DNA of 57,205 nucleotides, the filler included, from Jimgerdemannia flammicorona (Eukaryota), in NCBI GenBank assembly GCA_003990765.1. It is 2 parts of 2 records of this genome, joined end to end, with 100 filler letters (N's around TTAATTAATTAA, not from the genome) between each part and the next. Parts side by side here need not be neighbours in the genome. Positions count along the whole stretch, not along the records: positions 1 to 28,562 come from RBNJ01000552.1; 1 more part is not named here. One strand, given 5' to 3'. This document shows positions 1 to 14,050 of the stretch, one piece after another. Under the pieces are notes generated by a model. It worked only from the letters and a program-made list of their open reading frames with translations. It had not been told where the DNA came from and ran no database searches. Position 1 is the first letter of the stretch, and every line of letters starts with the position of its first letter. Both the position numbers and the translations under genes were made by a program.

Positions 1-64
1 TTTATAGTCACGCCGACTTCTCCATTTATTACTAGTCTATTGATAATTACATGCACCCCTCGCA

Positions 65-3000
65 CTACCCAATCCCCACAGGGGGGTCCCCCCCCACACC
101 CTCCCATATAAGGATGACTCTCCCATCCATTACCCTCATTCTCCCCCTGCTCCTCCAGCACATTTTCTCCACCAATTGATGCCTCTAACCACTCCATGGA
201 CTCCAGCCATGCCACCAGCCAGTCATTATATCCTCCATCAACCTCTGCCACCGCAGAACCCATGCCCCCAAACTCAAGCTCCTCCCATCTTTGAAAACAA
301 ACAACCAGTGACTGGCCAACCCCACCCATACTGCCAAAACCCACCCCAAGGTGAGCCATTCATTTCCAACCCCCCCTATCAATCTATCCCTCAAATCCTC
401 CCACTGACCCCACTCACTATCTCCCCTACATGCTACACCAAGTTGCTCACCAACTGCCAACCAAAAGTCACTCAGCACCTCACATTCCCCCAGCCAATGT
501 TCAGGCATCTGCACATAACCTCCCTCCTGTCCTACTTTGTGGCACTCCTCACAGTCAAAGCTCCCTCCTTCGACAAGGTGCCCTGATCAGAAGTTGAGCA
601 TAACATTTCTCCTTAGCATTCACCACCATACCACCCAATACTTTGGCGGCATCCAACATTGCACTCTATCACTCCACACCCAAATATGTACCACTACAGT
701 CCCACTCCTCGCCAATACCTGCTAGTTGCCAGCTGCTGGGCCATAGATCCTGGCCCGGTCCCCTCTGGCACTCCACTCCATTGCTAATATCAAATCCATA
801 AGGGGAACACCCCCCAACAGTACTTGGTCCCATCTCCACATAGCTGGGTCCCAAGGCTCCTCTCCCTCATTCCCTCACCATCGCACTCCAATATGGTGAG
901 CACCATCTACCACTCTCCACCAGAAGCCTTTGAATTGTATCCTTCCAATGTTCTGAAGTCTGACCAAGGACAGTAGATCTCCTGTAGAGCCTCTTGGTGA
1001 TGACCTCATCTCCCAGACCTTCTGCATCAGGGGAACCCAGCTACCCCCACACAACTCTAACACCCTCTTCAGCCACCATGCATGTAAGCAAAATAGCCGC
1101 TTCGGGAAGTCAACCAGCCCAAGGCCCCCTCTAACCACTGGTAGAGACAAAACCTCCCAACTGATTTGACTTCGTTTTCCAGCCCAGATCCACCCCTTGG
1201 CCAGTTTCATTAACCTCTTCACCACCCAGGCCAGAAAGTCCAGGTCATATGTCAAATACCACAACTTCGGAAGCCAGTAGGTGTTCAGAATTGAGACTCA
1301 CCCCATCAAGGACAGATGACAGCCACCTCAACTCTGCAAGGCCTTCCCCCAGATTGTAATTCTCTGCTCCCACCAGAGTCTCGGAAGGACTGACCCATAG
1401 ACTGACAGATATATACCCAAGTACCGCACTACCTCCCCCACTGGGACAATTGTTCCAATGATGTCCCCTCCCACTAGTCTATTACCCAACACCATTGTCT
1501 CACACTTGTGCCAATTGAGCTGAGCCCCAGAGTGGACCTCGTACTATTCCACTGTCTTCTTGAGCTCCACAACATCCTCAATCAATCCCAGACTGACCAC
1601 TATGTCATCTGCAAAGGCCCCAACTTGCCACCCAATACCATAGATGGAAAGTCTGACTATTTTCCTTCGAATCCTATCCATCAGCGGCTCCAAGGATAGA
1701 GCATACAAAATGGGAGATAGAGGGTCACCCTGAGGTACTCCCCTACCCAGGGGAAAAGCCACCCCTCTGTGTCCATTGCAAATAAGGGCAGCCCTGCTCC
1801 CTTCCAGTAGACTGATCATCACTTTCCTGAACTGAGGGTGTACACCAATTCTGTCCAGTACCCTTGCCAACCAGGCTTGTCAAACATGGTTATATGCCTT
1901 TTCCTGATCCAGGAAGACCAGTTGACCATCCAGTCTACATGTCCATGCCCCCTCAATAACCCCATGCACCCAAGCTATACCATCCCTAATAAGCCAACCT
2001 CCTATAAAGCCATGCTGCTCCTCGCCCAGGACCTGCTGGGCCACGCTCTGCAATCTAGCAACTACCACCTTAGTGACCAACTTTCTGTCCATATCCAGCA
2101 GCATAATTGGCCTCCAGTTCTTCCAGTCCTCCCTCCTCCCTTTGTTCTTAAAAATCAATATCACCAGCCCAAGATCCTGCTCCCCCACCCATCTCCCAGA
2201 CTATAGTATCAGATTGCATAATACCGTCAACTCTCCCAGTATTCCAGGAACTCCCACCATCTTCTTCCAGAAGTCCCAGAGCAGACCATCCTCTCCTGGT
2301 ACTGTGCCCAAAGTGGTCATGGCCAGTATCTGGTGGACCTACTCCTCCTGAACTGGTGACACCAAGTCACCCAGTCCTTCTACTTGCAGTGGGTGCCAGT
2401 CCTCCAGAGCATGGTCAATGGTGGCATCATCTGCCCCATCCTCCTCCTCACTCCAAAGTCCACTCCAGCACTCCTTCAGCACTCCGAGAATGTCTTGTAT
2501 ACCATGTACTAGCAAACCATCAGGTGCCTCTACTCCTTCCCATCTCTGCTTCACCCTCCTCACCCAAAGGGCCCTTGTAAGATACTCCGAAGGCCTTTCT
2601 CCTTCCTCCTGCCCCTGCCATCATAACCTTGCCATCAGGCCCTGCACTTGTGCCTCCTCCTCATCTCGCAGCACCTGTTGTAGTTCCCCAATTTCCAATT
2701 TCACCTGCCTTACTCACCAGTCCTCCCCCCCCTCTCGCACCACCAGATCAGCCCAATCCTCCAAAAGCCTAGCCAATCTAGCAGAAGCCCATCTCCCCTT
2801 TCTTCTCCTCTGACCTCCAACCACTTTGCCAGCCTCACTCCAGTAGACCCTGGCCGCATCTTTCAACCTCAACCACCTGGCTCCGACTGGAGCACCCTCC
2901 TGTATCCAGCCCTCCACCTTCTGCCAAATTTCTATCACCCACTTATCCCACAGCATCTTATCAGCTAGCAAAGAGGAATTGAGGCACCAATGTCCAGGCC

Positions 3001-3724
3001 CATCCCCACTCCCCCCAATATGTCCCTGCCCTAACAAACCCCAATGATCCGACCATGGACACCACTCAACCTCCAGTGACTTCCACACATCGAGACCCCA
3101 GCAGCTTGCTGTCAAAATCCAGTCAATTCTTATCTCCAGGCCTTTTGTCCAATGTGTGTATACCCTCCTGTCACCCTAAATCCCCCTACCAGCATCCATC
3201 AGAGCACTCAACCTTTTCACCTCCTCCCAAGCCTCCAGCCCTCCACTCCTACCCTCAGCCCCCCGCCCTCTGTCGGTTCTATCCACCAACACATCTCTGA
3301 CCATATTAAAGTCCCCACCAAGCAAGTCTATGCCTGCCTCTGCGAGGACTCCACTCTCCCTGAGGCCCTTCACCCAATCTACATGCTCAATCCTCACAGC
3401 AGGGTAATAGCAGGAACCCACCATGGTTGGCTCCCAGCCTGCTCATATCCATTCTCCCCAAACCAGCCTGTCACCCCAATTCCTCACATCCTGGATCTCC
3501 CCTCTACCCCTCCAAACCAGAATCCCAACCTTCCCCATCCAAACTGCCTCCCCTCCCCATTCCTTCGTCCATTCTAACCCTTCCTAGTCATCCTCACATC
3601 TGACATCCTGCAAAAGAAAGAGATCAGCCTCCAATCCCTTTAGCTAAGTAAAGATATTCCAGCACTGAAAAGACCCCCGTAGCCCATTCACATTCAAAGA
3701 AAAAATGTTAGTTGTACTATTCAT
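65..3724 (-). pseudogene. LINE ORF2 (AP endonuclease, reverse transcriptase, C-terminal Cys/His motif), broken by stops
   Basis: MNSTTNIFSLNVNGLRG start, GGDFN and WSDH (APE); WRPIMLL, LDQEKAY, GVPQGDPLSP, AFADD (RT); GGLGLVD; ends DPPVGIG*. Confidence 0.92.
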
Positions 3725-3755
3725 AAGGAAGATTATATAGTTTCAAATGAGTCCT

Positions 3756-5789
3756 CTACTGCTCCATATCCACTTCCTCCTGTGCCCTATCCAAGTTGTG
3801 CTCTGCAATAGCTTCTGCCTCCTCAGCCCTCTTAGCCTCCAATTCAGCCAGGATCTCAGCCATCTCCCCATCCTCCTTTTCCTCAAACTCCTCACAATAC
3901 TCTAAGCAAGCCTCTTGCCAGAGCTACAGTCCATGCCGCTTAGCCCAACAGTGGACAGCCCACTCACCCACCACAACTGCCAGAGCAGCCTCCCTCTCCT
4001 TATCGACCTCATACCCCTCCTCCTCCAAGTATACCACCAGAATTTCTACCTTCAACACTGCCACCACTCCATCGCCCTGCAGGATTCTTACCCAATGTTC
4101 ATCGCTTATCACTCAGAGGTTGACTTCCCCCAGCTCCTCCGCTGCCAAGTTGTTCATCATCTGGCACACCCAGAGCAAATTCCCCACCTCCTTCCCTCCT
4201 GGGGTCGCTGGCCTCCCTCCATCCAACATTGTAGTATCTACTCCAACACTTGCCAACTCATTCCATCCCTCCTCTGGGACATCCATCAATTCCTCCTCTC
4301 CAGTTGCCTCAACCAATCCCCCCTTCTCCACATTTGGGACTCCAAAGTATACCTGCTGAGCACTGCACATCAACACATCCTCCACCACCCTACCTCTTGC
4401 CACTGGTCCCCTTCTGATAAGGGGGGAGGGTGAAGGTGAATTCTCCCAGGTTTCATCCCAAACCTCAAATGTGCCATCCTTATATGGAGTCTTGCTTGGC
4501 ACCTTCTCGGCCTCCTCCAGACCCCCCTCCTCATTCCCTCTACTACTAGCAGCCCAGACACTGGCCTCAGCATCTCCAGCAGTTACACTACCTCCTACCT
4601 TCCTCTTCACCTCCACCCCCATTTTCTCCAACAACTCCCTCTGCCTTCTGCACCCTTGGGACCTCTCTCACACCTCCTTGTTGATGCAGACTCGCTTCTC
4701 TCCAACCACCTCAAGATGCGTCGACTCCTCGAATACCTTCCATGCCTTCGCCTTCCTCTCTACCACCCCACTCAACTCCTCCAGTGCTTCCAACAAATCC
4801 TCCTCCTCCTTCTCACTCCCCTTCACTCTCATCACCTTGCACAAGAAAGCCCCCCATACCATCACTGAGGGCCAGTCCTGAGCCTTCCCATTAGCCTCCC
4901 TCCCTGCCAACCAAATCCTGATATCAACATCCCCAGTCTGGAGGGAGGTTCTTTCCCACACTCTGAACCCAATATTGACCATCTCTCCATACTCCGCCAT
5001 GACCTTCTCAACTCTCTTCCTTGTCTCTACAGTAGTAACAGTGGGAACTCCTTTCACCAGAAGCTACACTACTCTCAGGTCCCACCTCAGGCATCTCACC
5101 ATTGGTACGCACACCTCACCCACTTTCATCCCAGCCATCAAAGCCTCCTCCAATGGCCCAACCTCCTCAAATCCCACCTCCACCCCTTCTAGGCCCTTCA
5201 GGAACTTAACAGATACTGCACCTCTCATCTGCTTCATGATCAGCCCCAGAACCATTTTTGCCATCACCACCAAGCCCTGGAATCACATTGTGACTACAAA
5301 TTCTGAGATCGACTTCTTGAGTAATGGGGCCACCGCCAGTCCCATTACACCATCTGCCAGATCCCCGGACCTTGTGCCCTTCCCACTGCTCGGCCCACCA
5401 TCAGCAGTCCCATCTAGATTTTTTTCCAGATCACCTGTCACACCCCCATCAGCAGTCTCCACCTCAGCTGCTACCCCCCCAGCTCCACCCCTATGGCCCT
5501 CCAGAGAGGCACCCCCATGAGGCTGCTGCCATGTAGCCCTCACCGGCACCTTCTTCCACCTCAGCCAGCTCTCCAGTCCAGCTCCCTGCTGACCTCCCTT
5601 CACCTTCTCCACAAAGCTCACTCTACCAGACCCTTGACCTCCAACTCTGCCCTCTCCTCCACTGCATCCTCCCGCCAACAGGCCCCTCATACTTCCCTCC
5701 AAGCCTGGGCCTCTCTCCACTTGCTGCCAATCGAATGCTCCAGGGCCACCCTGCCCAGTACACACCTCAGGATGCTCATTGGTTGCCAT
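3756..5789 (-). pseudogene. LINE ORF1 (RRM-like region plus acidic/coiled C-terminus), broken by stops
   Basis: Fragments are homologous to the open ORF1 at 27387. The TAG-AGG stop context is conserved with copy 2. Confidence 0.85.
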
Positions 5790-5870
5790 GATACTAGTAG
5801 CTTATCTCCAGAAACTGTATCGAAAGTGTTGCCAAAAGGTTGTGTAACCTGAATGTTACCGGAGAAAGGC

Positions 5871-6221
5871 TCGTTGACTGTTGAGATTGATTGCTTTACA
5901 CTGTTCAGCAAGTTTTTTTCACTGTTGTGGTGATGATTGAATTGTAACAGTCAATTTGTATAACTTTGAAATAATGTTAGAGCTCTTGTTAGTTTTACTC
6001 CAATCACCAAATAGTTGCATGAGATAATCTTGAGCAGCAAGATTCAGAACATGGGCTTGACACCATATATAATTGTTATTAGTGTCAAAGATTACATTTT
6101 CTTATTGTAGTTTGGTTGCCAAAATGTGGAGAAATGTGATATTGTTGGAGGTGTTGTCTGTTGTGATGGTCAATATCTATATTTCAAAATTTTAATATAT
6201 AGAAAATAATTAATAATTAAA

Positions 6222-6271
<50 letters not shown>

Positions 6272-7640
6272 GTTTAAAAAAAAAAAAAAACTCTCATACC
6301 TCAGTTGTAATTCCAAGCTCATGAATACAGTTTATAAATACTTCTGCAATATTTTCTCCAGAATGAGGACCCTCAAGCTTTATGAAATCAAGAGTAAGAG
6401 TTTGAAGCTACCAATTGGAATCAATCCAGTGTCCTGTAATACCAAGAAATAAAATAACATTGGGAGATGTCCAGATGTCAATTGTGAATGAAATTTTACT
6501 CATAGTATTCTATAGTAAAATTTAAAATATAGTCAGTAATTACAATTAATTCAATAATATTCTTCATATTACTAATATTTTACCTAAAACTTTTGACAAA
6601 GATTATTATATTCTTTTTTATAAGCCTCCATAATATCATTATGAATAGTATCAGTGCTTGGAGTGTGTAAATCAGGCTTGATAAGACTAAAGAGACTTTG
6701 TAAAGAAGTACTCTCAATTGCCATAAATGGTTGATCATCACATATAATCCAATGAATAAGTCAATTTCAAAATTCCAAAGCAGGATATGGCTAAATTTTT
6801 TTTTTTTTCATAAAAAAAAAAGAAAAACCTTAAATATAAAAAATATATTTTCAAATTTTTATGAAAATAAAAAAGAGATCATATACTTACTACAGCTAGA
6901 ATATCAATTTTACTTAATACTATATTTAACTCCATTTTATCTAAATGTTGGGCCTTTATGTGCTTTATCATATTTGTTATAGAACTACTGTGTGCTTTAT
7001 ATTTCTGTCTATATTTTAAAAAATTTATATTTATATCAAATAAAATATATCCAAACCAATTATAAGGTTTATTTTTTCTTTTTTTAAAAAAAAAAAAAAA
7101 AAAAATACCTACAATATTTGCAAGTAACTTCATTTTCTCCAGTTTTGGTATAGTGTTGCCAAACTTCGGAATGAGGAGCATAGCATGGAATATTATTTAA
7201 GAAAGGCTGAATATTGTTCAAGGAAGTCTGACTTGAAGTATCACTAGTATTAGAAAATACTGATGACTGATCTATTGATGTTGATATTGATATAGTGTAT
7301 ATATATGTGTGTATATGTGTATGTATACACATATATGTTGGTGGTTGTATTTGTGTATGTATGCTGGTATATGTACCTGAGAATATTTTTCTCTGTTTAT
7401 GCATGTAAAGGAATTGTATAATAAATTTAATTTATCATAGGATTCAAATTAGATGATTCAAACTCTGATTTAAATTTAGAGATTTGAATTCAGTGATTTG
7501 AATTAAGAATTCGAATTTGGTGATTCAAATTCAGTGATTCAAATTTGATGATTCAAATCAGAGCAGTCACAATTTGAACTAATTTGAATTAATCATGTGA
7601 TGAGTTCGAACTGGTTCAAACTGACTTGTTTGAAGTACTA
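5871..7640 (-). mobile_element. hAT DNA transposon relic with intron-containing BED-finger transposase, 3' part cut off by LINE copy 1
   Basis: Minus-strand exons read SEVWQHY..TCKYC / TNMIKHIKAQH (BED finger), DQPFMAIES, KISFTIDIWTSPN..FLGITGHWID..HSGENIA and TTDNTSNN..CQAHVLNLAAQ. Probable terminus TAGTACTTCAAA ends at 7640. Confidence 0.85.
7440..7640. repeat. hAT subterminal array of TTCGAA-derived motifs (TTCGAA/TTCAAA/TTTGAA)
   Basis: About 15 closely spaced variants next to the putative TIR. The variants are the two CpG-deamination products of the palindrome TTCGAA. Confidence 0.7.
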
Positions 7641-9625
7641 CCTACTAGTCTATTAACTATTTGAAAATCTGATATAAGTATAAAATAGGCCATTATATCT
7701 GCTAACACAGTTGAGATCTCACTAAGGAATAAATTGCTAACTAAACTAGTCTAGATAGATATAAACAGTAACTTATTAAAAAGATCTACTAAATCTTTCA
7801 GTATACTCTATACACAATCTTCAATCTCAACTATATATAAATTGCAGACTTTCAGAACCTCTTCTACCCTAAAGTAGATGAACTAAAAGCAAAGATATGT
7901 AGCTACAGAGGTCTACTTCTACAATCTACTCAATATTAAGAATTATAAACTCTATTAAAGTTTCACTTTAAATAAACAACCCTGACCAATAAATTTAGAG
8001 CCTCACTGATTTATTTAAAATACTACCCATATTAATAGATATCTAAGAAATAAAGCTCAAGTCTCAATATAGATGATACTAACTATATTAGATAGAGATC
8101 TCTAACCTCACCCCAATCAGTTTCAGACTAGTATAAACTAATAGAAAACTCTACAATTTTGAGTCAGCAAGAGCTATTTATAGACCTCATTGACTTCTCT
8201 ATACTTAACATCAATATCTCTATTGATTTATATACTAGTTAGGCAGATATAAATAATAAGAATAAGGATAATATTATTTATCTAGTCCTCAACTTTAAGA
8301 TGAGTAAAACAGAAATCAATATAGATTTTAATTTCTAAGAAAAGAAGAATATAATAAAAATTACATTACAAATAAGTTTAATGATATATCATAAATAGTA
8401 ATAATATAATCTAGTGATAACATTATGAATATATAATATATAAGAAGATAAATGAGATGAGCACCAAAATTCCTAAACACTAGAGCTACAATTTATATTA
8501 CATTAACTATATTACTTAACTATTATATTTCTTAAAGTATTTCTTCTGATCACTAACTTAAAGTATTTATCATGAAGACAATATAGGTAATTTATTTTGT
8601 AAACACATAATCAAAAGACCTATATACCAAATTAGTTATATATATAGCTAGAAAATTACAAACTATTACTTAATTAACATATATACATAAATACTATAGC
8701 AATTATATTTAAAATAAACCAGCTTTTAGTAGGGTATAAATCTATCTATATATATATTACTTTAAGTTTTTTAATAATGTTATCTAAGTTACTTTAATAT
8801 ATATTTCTAATGAAACTTCTGAAGCCTAGCTAACTTCTCTCAGAACTAAGAACTGATATACAAATCTAAAAAAATATCTCTTTAAATATGAATTATAAGT
8901 TATTTAGTCTATATATAGTAAGAATAAGTCTCTTATAACTGTAGTTACTAAAGAAGGATAATATATCAATTTTTTATTATATATTAACTATACTTCCTCA
9001 ATTTTACAAGTAAAGGAACAATTTAAAGGCTTTTTGATATATATTAAGTCTCTAAGTAATACTTTATTACATATATAAGTTATTCAAGAATACAAGATGG
9101 GTCAAAATTAGTATTATTATATATACTTATATAATATATATTATGACTTCTATAATAATCTTCTTTATTATCACTTTCAATAGTATCAATTCTATAGTTC
9201 TCTGTTTTTTATAACTGTGATATCTATTACTATATGAGATCTAAAGAAAAAATATATAATAAAATATAGAAAGGATAAATATAAAGATATATACTCTAAA
9301 ACCAATATCTTAATATGTATATAAATAAAAATCTTATATAATCTAACCCTTATCTATTAACAGAAAAAATCTGCTATAAGCTACTATACTTAATTATTAA
9401 GTATATAGAAGCACTCAGCAGACTTCTTTTATAAGCAATACTTAGAGCTGGCTTATATATTATAGTAAAAATATAGAGAGATTAGAGATAATAATAACAT
9501 AGTTCTGAAATCTTAAATAAGTACATACATATTACCAAGGATCAGATATCTAAGAAATATCTTACAAAATAGATCACTTTTTAGAATACACAGACACATT
9601 TCTTAATAAAATCCTTAGTATATAC

Positions 9626-9886
9626 AATGAGGGGGCTCACTCGAGACCACAGGTCAATGAATGCAGGAAGGTCTTGGGCGTATAGCGCCCAAAATGTTTC
9701 AACGCTGTTGTTTGTAAGGTGTTTCTAAATCAGGTGTTTCTAAATCAGGCATAGTCTTTCCTTTTTGGTACTAGCACGGCATGCGCATTACTTCTATAGG
9801 TAATTCTACCATTCACCCAACATTACTTCGTACACGCTTTACACTTATGCTTTTGTGCTTCCGTACATTCGTATGTATTTCATTAC
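9626..9886 (+). repeat. Split direct repeat A1
   Basis: Near-identical to 14829-15076 (AATGAGGGGGCTC...TTTCATTAC); contains the hairpin GGGCG-TATAG-CGCCC. Confidence 0.93.
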
Positions 9887-9892
9887 ATTACC

Positions 9893-11344
9893 ATGGTCCT
9901 CTCTGCAAATTCCTGCCTTCTGTGTCGATACGACCCTTCCTATACATAGAAGGGCCAACATGACCTGGGCTCTGCCGCCTGCTCTTTCCGCTCGGATGTT
10001 AATTTCATCGAGCATGTGCTCCGCTTTCTGCAAGACGACCTGGAATCTGATAGCGAGAACCCCAATGTTGCTATCCTTGTGGATTATCTCGCCACCCTCC
10101 CTGATCACTCTACTTCCGCACCCCACCGAATCACGCGTCTATCGGCGCGTGCCGCATCCAAGGCTCCCGCTAGCACTACGGCAGCCAGACCAGTCTTTTT
10201 CAGCACACCGGCCTCTGATGTTTCCATCGAAGCTAGCGTTGCTCAGCTCCAAGAGCATGCATCCACGCAAGACCGTCGGTTCGACGAACTTTTTCAGCTT
10301 TTACGCTCTCGCCCTGACATCGTACCTTCAGCGGCACCGGCTAGTGCAGTTCCTGCCGTTTCTGGTCAGGATGCGTCTCCTATCATCAATCAAGCCTTTA
10401 TCGATCGCGCTACTGCCTCTCTTTCGGCGGTTCTCGCATCCCCATCCTCATCCCAGCCCTTACCGACTATCCCTTTGGTTCGGTCCACTGGCATTCACGG
10501 CCCTGCCGGTAATCCCCAGGGTGAGTCTATCCCTATACCTCCTTCTGTCGTTTCTGCCCATACCATTATCCGAGGCATCAATCTCTCTTTAAAATACGCC
10601 CATGTTAATCAACGGCTGTTGGCCGCGGTCGTCGACAATTCATTCACCGCCATGTCACTCGGCCATTTCTTAGAGCGAAACGTTGTTTCTATCGGTGGTC
10701 TTCCTGATGCTCAATTCATTGAAACGTTTGACAAATCGGGTGCTCGGATCATTCTTCGAAAGCCGCCATCCCTTATCAAAGATCTTCCGGAAGTCCCTGC
10801 TTTCCTCGCTGCCCTGCTTACGTATTTCAGCATTCTTCATGACACGTACCCGGGCCTCACCGATCCTACTCCATTCTTTTCATACGCCGCAGATTTTATT
10901 TTACTATCAACATCGTCGTATTGATCCGCGCTTCTTGATTATCATGTCTCCTATCACACAAAATGACTGGTGGAGATCGCGAACAATGGTGTTTCTTTGG
11001 TATGGTGCGAGCACTGGGCCCGGCGCGACCCCGACCTCTTTATGGTCCTTAGTCTGCATCAACGTCCGCGAACTCTGACCTCTACATCTAATCCGCTCAA
11101 GCCCTTCAAGTCTCGCAATGTACAACGGGGGCTACGCCTTACTGATGGCTCCTCCGCTCCATCTACCGAGAACGCCTCTCAATGGTCTACTTGTCGGGCA
11201 TACAACGGCGTTCTATTCGATGGATCACCCATGAAGGATCCTGGGTGCAACAGAAAAAAATGCCCTTATGCACATTCCTGTTCTCGCTGCAATAGTGATC
11301 ATCCGTGGTATCGATGCTCCCACAATCCATCGGCTCACCCCTAG
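9893..11344 (+). pseudogene. gag: Ngaro gag-like ORF with C-terminal Cys/His finger; two internal stops
   Basis: ATG 9893 is in frame with ORFs 10016-10924 and 10970-11344. Motif CRAYN..CNRKKCPYAHSCSRCNSDHPWYRC. Confidence 0.82.
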
Positions 11345-13186
11345 GAACTCGCTCCTGTTTATTCTTTACACATACCCCCGGCCGCTCCAAATACCCTACT
11401 CCATCGCCTATTTACCACCCCTCTTAACGAAGCTGCTCAAGACATTCTACATCGTTTTCCTCTTCCTTCTTCCGCTCTTCGCCCTGCCGCGTGGGCGCAT
11501 GAGCTCCAGTTGTATCCTGACCCGCGGGTAGCTCAGGCTGCCATCGCCGCTATTACTCAAGGCACCCTTCTCAGCTTTGATGGGCCTCGTCGGCGTCTGC
11601 TGTCCTACAATCATCACTCCGCTCTCGACCACCCGGAAGCGATCACACCTGACATCAAGCGGGAAGTCGCTGCCGGTAGAATTTGTGGCCTGTTCTCATC
11701 CCCTCCGTTCGAATGCTTTCGCTCATCTCCTCTCGGCGCCGTCGCGAAGAAGAATTCTAATAGCGCATGGTGTCGTATTCACGACCTTTCTTGGCCCCGT
11801 CACGGCGATTCGGTGAATGCTGGCATAGATACCGATGCCTTCCGGCTCTCTTACATTAAGTTCGACGAGGCTTTGGACTTGGTTTGTCGTTTTGGCCAGG
11901 GATGTCTTCTATCGAAGGTCGACCTCGCCGATGCATATCATCATATTCTCATCCATCCTACAGATTGGGAGTTGCTGGGTTTCGAGTGGTCAGGGCAGTT
12001 TTATTTCGATCGGTTCGCTCCTTTTGGCGCATCCTCATCACCATTTCTTTTCAACCTTTTGGCGGAACTTCTCGCATGGATCGCCCACCATCATGACATA
12101 TGCGTGCTCATCCACTACGTCGACGATTTTCTCCTTGTTTTGCCGCCATTCCGGCCGTTTGCCCTCTCCGACCTACGTTTACTTCTTGCCATCTGTCGTC
12201 ATCTCGGCTGGTCGATTCAAGAGCCCAAGGTCGAAGGCCCGATAACGTCACTCGTCTTTCTGGGCATTGAATTGGATACAATGGCTATAGAAGTCCGCCT
12301 GCCTCTCGGCAAGCTTGATACGTTGCTCGCCACTCTTCAGCAGTGGCTATCGTGCACATTATGTATATGCCCTCAACTGCAGTCTCTTATTGGTTCCTTG
12401 GCATTTGCCTGTAAAATCATTCTGCCAGGCCGCCCATTCCTGCGGCGGATTATCGACCTTCTTTCCGGCAACACCTTATTCCATATCTCACTGAATGAGG
12501 AATTCTACGCCGACATTCGTTGGTGGCTCGAATTCCTACCCCACTGAAATGGTATTTCCGTTATACATCCGGTGGCATGGTTCCATGAGCCTGATGCACA
12601 ATTATGGACAGACTCTAGCAGGATCCAAGGCTTTGGTGCACATTTCAATAGCGAATGGTTTTCCGCTCCCTGGCCTCCCGATATAGCCTCACGCGACATT
12701 CAGTTCAAGGAACTTTACGCCATGGTCACTGCCGCTGCTACCTGGGGCGCTCAATGGCGTTTTCACCATATATTGCTTCATTCTGATAATCAGGCGGTCA
12801 TTGCTATTATCAACTCGGGCTCTTCACGCAACCCTCTTCTGCTGGAACTTCTCCACCAGCTCTATTTTCAAATGGTGCATCATGCTTTTCAACTTCGCGC
12901 CATATTCATCTCGAAATCCGATAATGGCATTGCTGATGCTTTATCCCACGCTGATATTCCTCGTTTCCGTCGTCTTGCCCCTTACGCTCAGACGCTCCCG
13001 ACCGCGATTGGTATCGTTTGCATTCCGTGCTTCCACCCGTCGTTGCCTTCTTTTTGTGATTCAGACTGGCAAAATCAACGCGCCGCTCATACTCTTCGGG
13101 AAAACGCAGCTTCCTCCAATTCTGCAATCTCCATGGCGGTAATCATGCCTCCGGCAGGCCTTTGCCTGCGTCCGAACTGGTGCTAA
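11345..13186 (+). pseudogene. pol: Ngaro pol: reverse transcriptase plus RNase H; one TGA at 12545
   Basis: SPLGAVAKK, RIHDLS, KVDLADAY, PFGASSSP, HYVDDFL, FLGIELD (RT); WTDSS, KELYA, SDNQAV, ADALS (RNase H). Confidence 0.93.
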
Positions 13187-14025
13187 TGCGGTGGGTCTGT
13201 AGCTTGGCCTTGCGACAGCTTCAACCATCCACAATCAAATGTTACCTCTCAGCCGTTCGTTCTCTACACATCGACTCCGGCTTTGCTGATCCATTCATCT
13301 GTCTTCACCAACTTCCCCGAGTGATGCGTGGCGTGAAGCGGTGGCTAGGTGTATGCCCAACTCGACCTCGGCTTCCTATCACACTCGGTATTCTTCGCAG
13401 TCTTATCAGTCTGCTTCAGCTATCTGATTATGACGATCTGCATCTTGCGACCGCAATGTCGCTTGCATATGTCGGTTTTCTTCGCTCTGGCGAATTTACG
13501 TGGGACAGGTCTTTCGATCCCGTTTCCCAGCTGTCCCGCGGCTCTGTGGTCTTTCAACCTAGCATTGCCGACCCCACCCATATTACGCTCACCCTGCTGG
13601 CCTCTAAAACAGACCCGTTTCGCCAGGATGCATTACTTTTTATCACCAAAACGGATCCCGCCGCGCCATGTGTTGTATCCTTACTTCGCCTTCTTTACCT
13701 GGTGCACCCAGCCCCACCTGACACCCCTCTGTTCCGGCGTTCCGCGAATCGATCATTCTCTCGGGCCTATCTCGTTAGTCGTCTTCGCGTGTTACTTCCA
13801 CGGATTGGTCTGAATCCGCTTCTTTACGCCGGGCATAGTTTTCAGATTGGTGCAACATCCGATGCCGCTGCGGCCGGTTTATCTGATTATGAGATTCAGA
13901 TATTGGGTCGGTGGGAGAGCATGGCATTTAAAGGCTATATTCACATGCCTATTTCTCGCATTCTCCATCTTCGGGCTTCATTAACTCATAATACTTGTTC
14001 TGCTACTTATATTACTTGTGGTTAA
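13021..14025 (+). pseudogene. Tyrosine recombinase overlapping the pol 3' end (start approximate)
   Basis: GFLRSGE, SKTDPF, GHSFQIGA, LGRWES..Y. In-frame TGA at 13057, and the HxxR arginine is changed to Gln. Confidence 0.92.
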
Positions 14026-14050
14026 CGATTTCCCGTTCCTCTTTTTCTAC

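Larger units (their letters stand above)
1..5870 (-). mobile_element. Full-length L1/Tx1-like LINE (copy 1), inactivated
   Basis: ORF1 plus ORF2 (APE-RT). The 3' end AATAAA...GTGACTAT(A)n at the window start is shared with copies 2 and 4. The 5' leader TTTCTCCGGTAACATTCAGGTTACAC is shared with copy 3 and resembles that of copy 2. Confidence 0.93.

Noticed and set aside
176..5852. Many Pro/Ser-rich plus-strand ORFs (also 21334-26949)
   Set aside because: Antisense shadows of G-rich LINE coding strands.
7641..9625. AT-rich relic flanking the Ngaro element (also 15345-15945 and 28964-29990)
   Set aside because: Probably old TE DNA, but no diagnostic motif could be read.
9611..9625. TTAGTATATA on both sides of the Ngaro element as a TSD
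   Set aside because: The right copy is offset about 10 bp from the element end, the sequence is low complexity, and YR elements do not normally make TSDs.
9855..10592. 245-aa ORF overlapping Ngaro gag in another frame
   Set aside because: No recognisable motifs; long alternate frames are expected in C-rich sequence.
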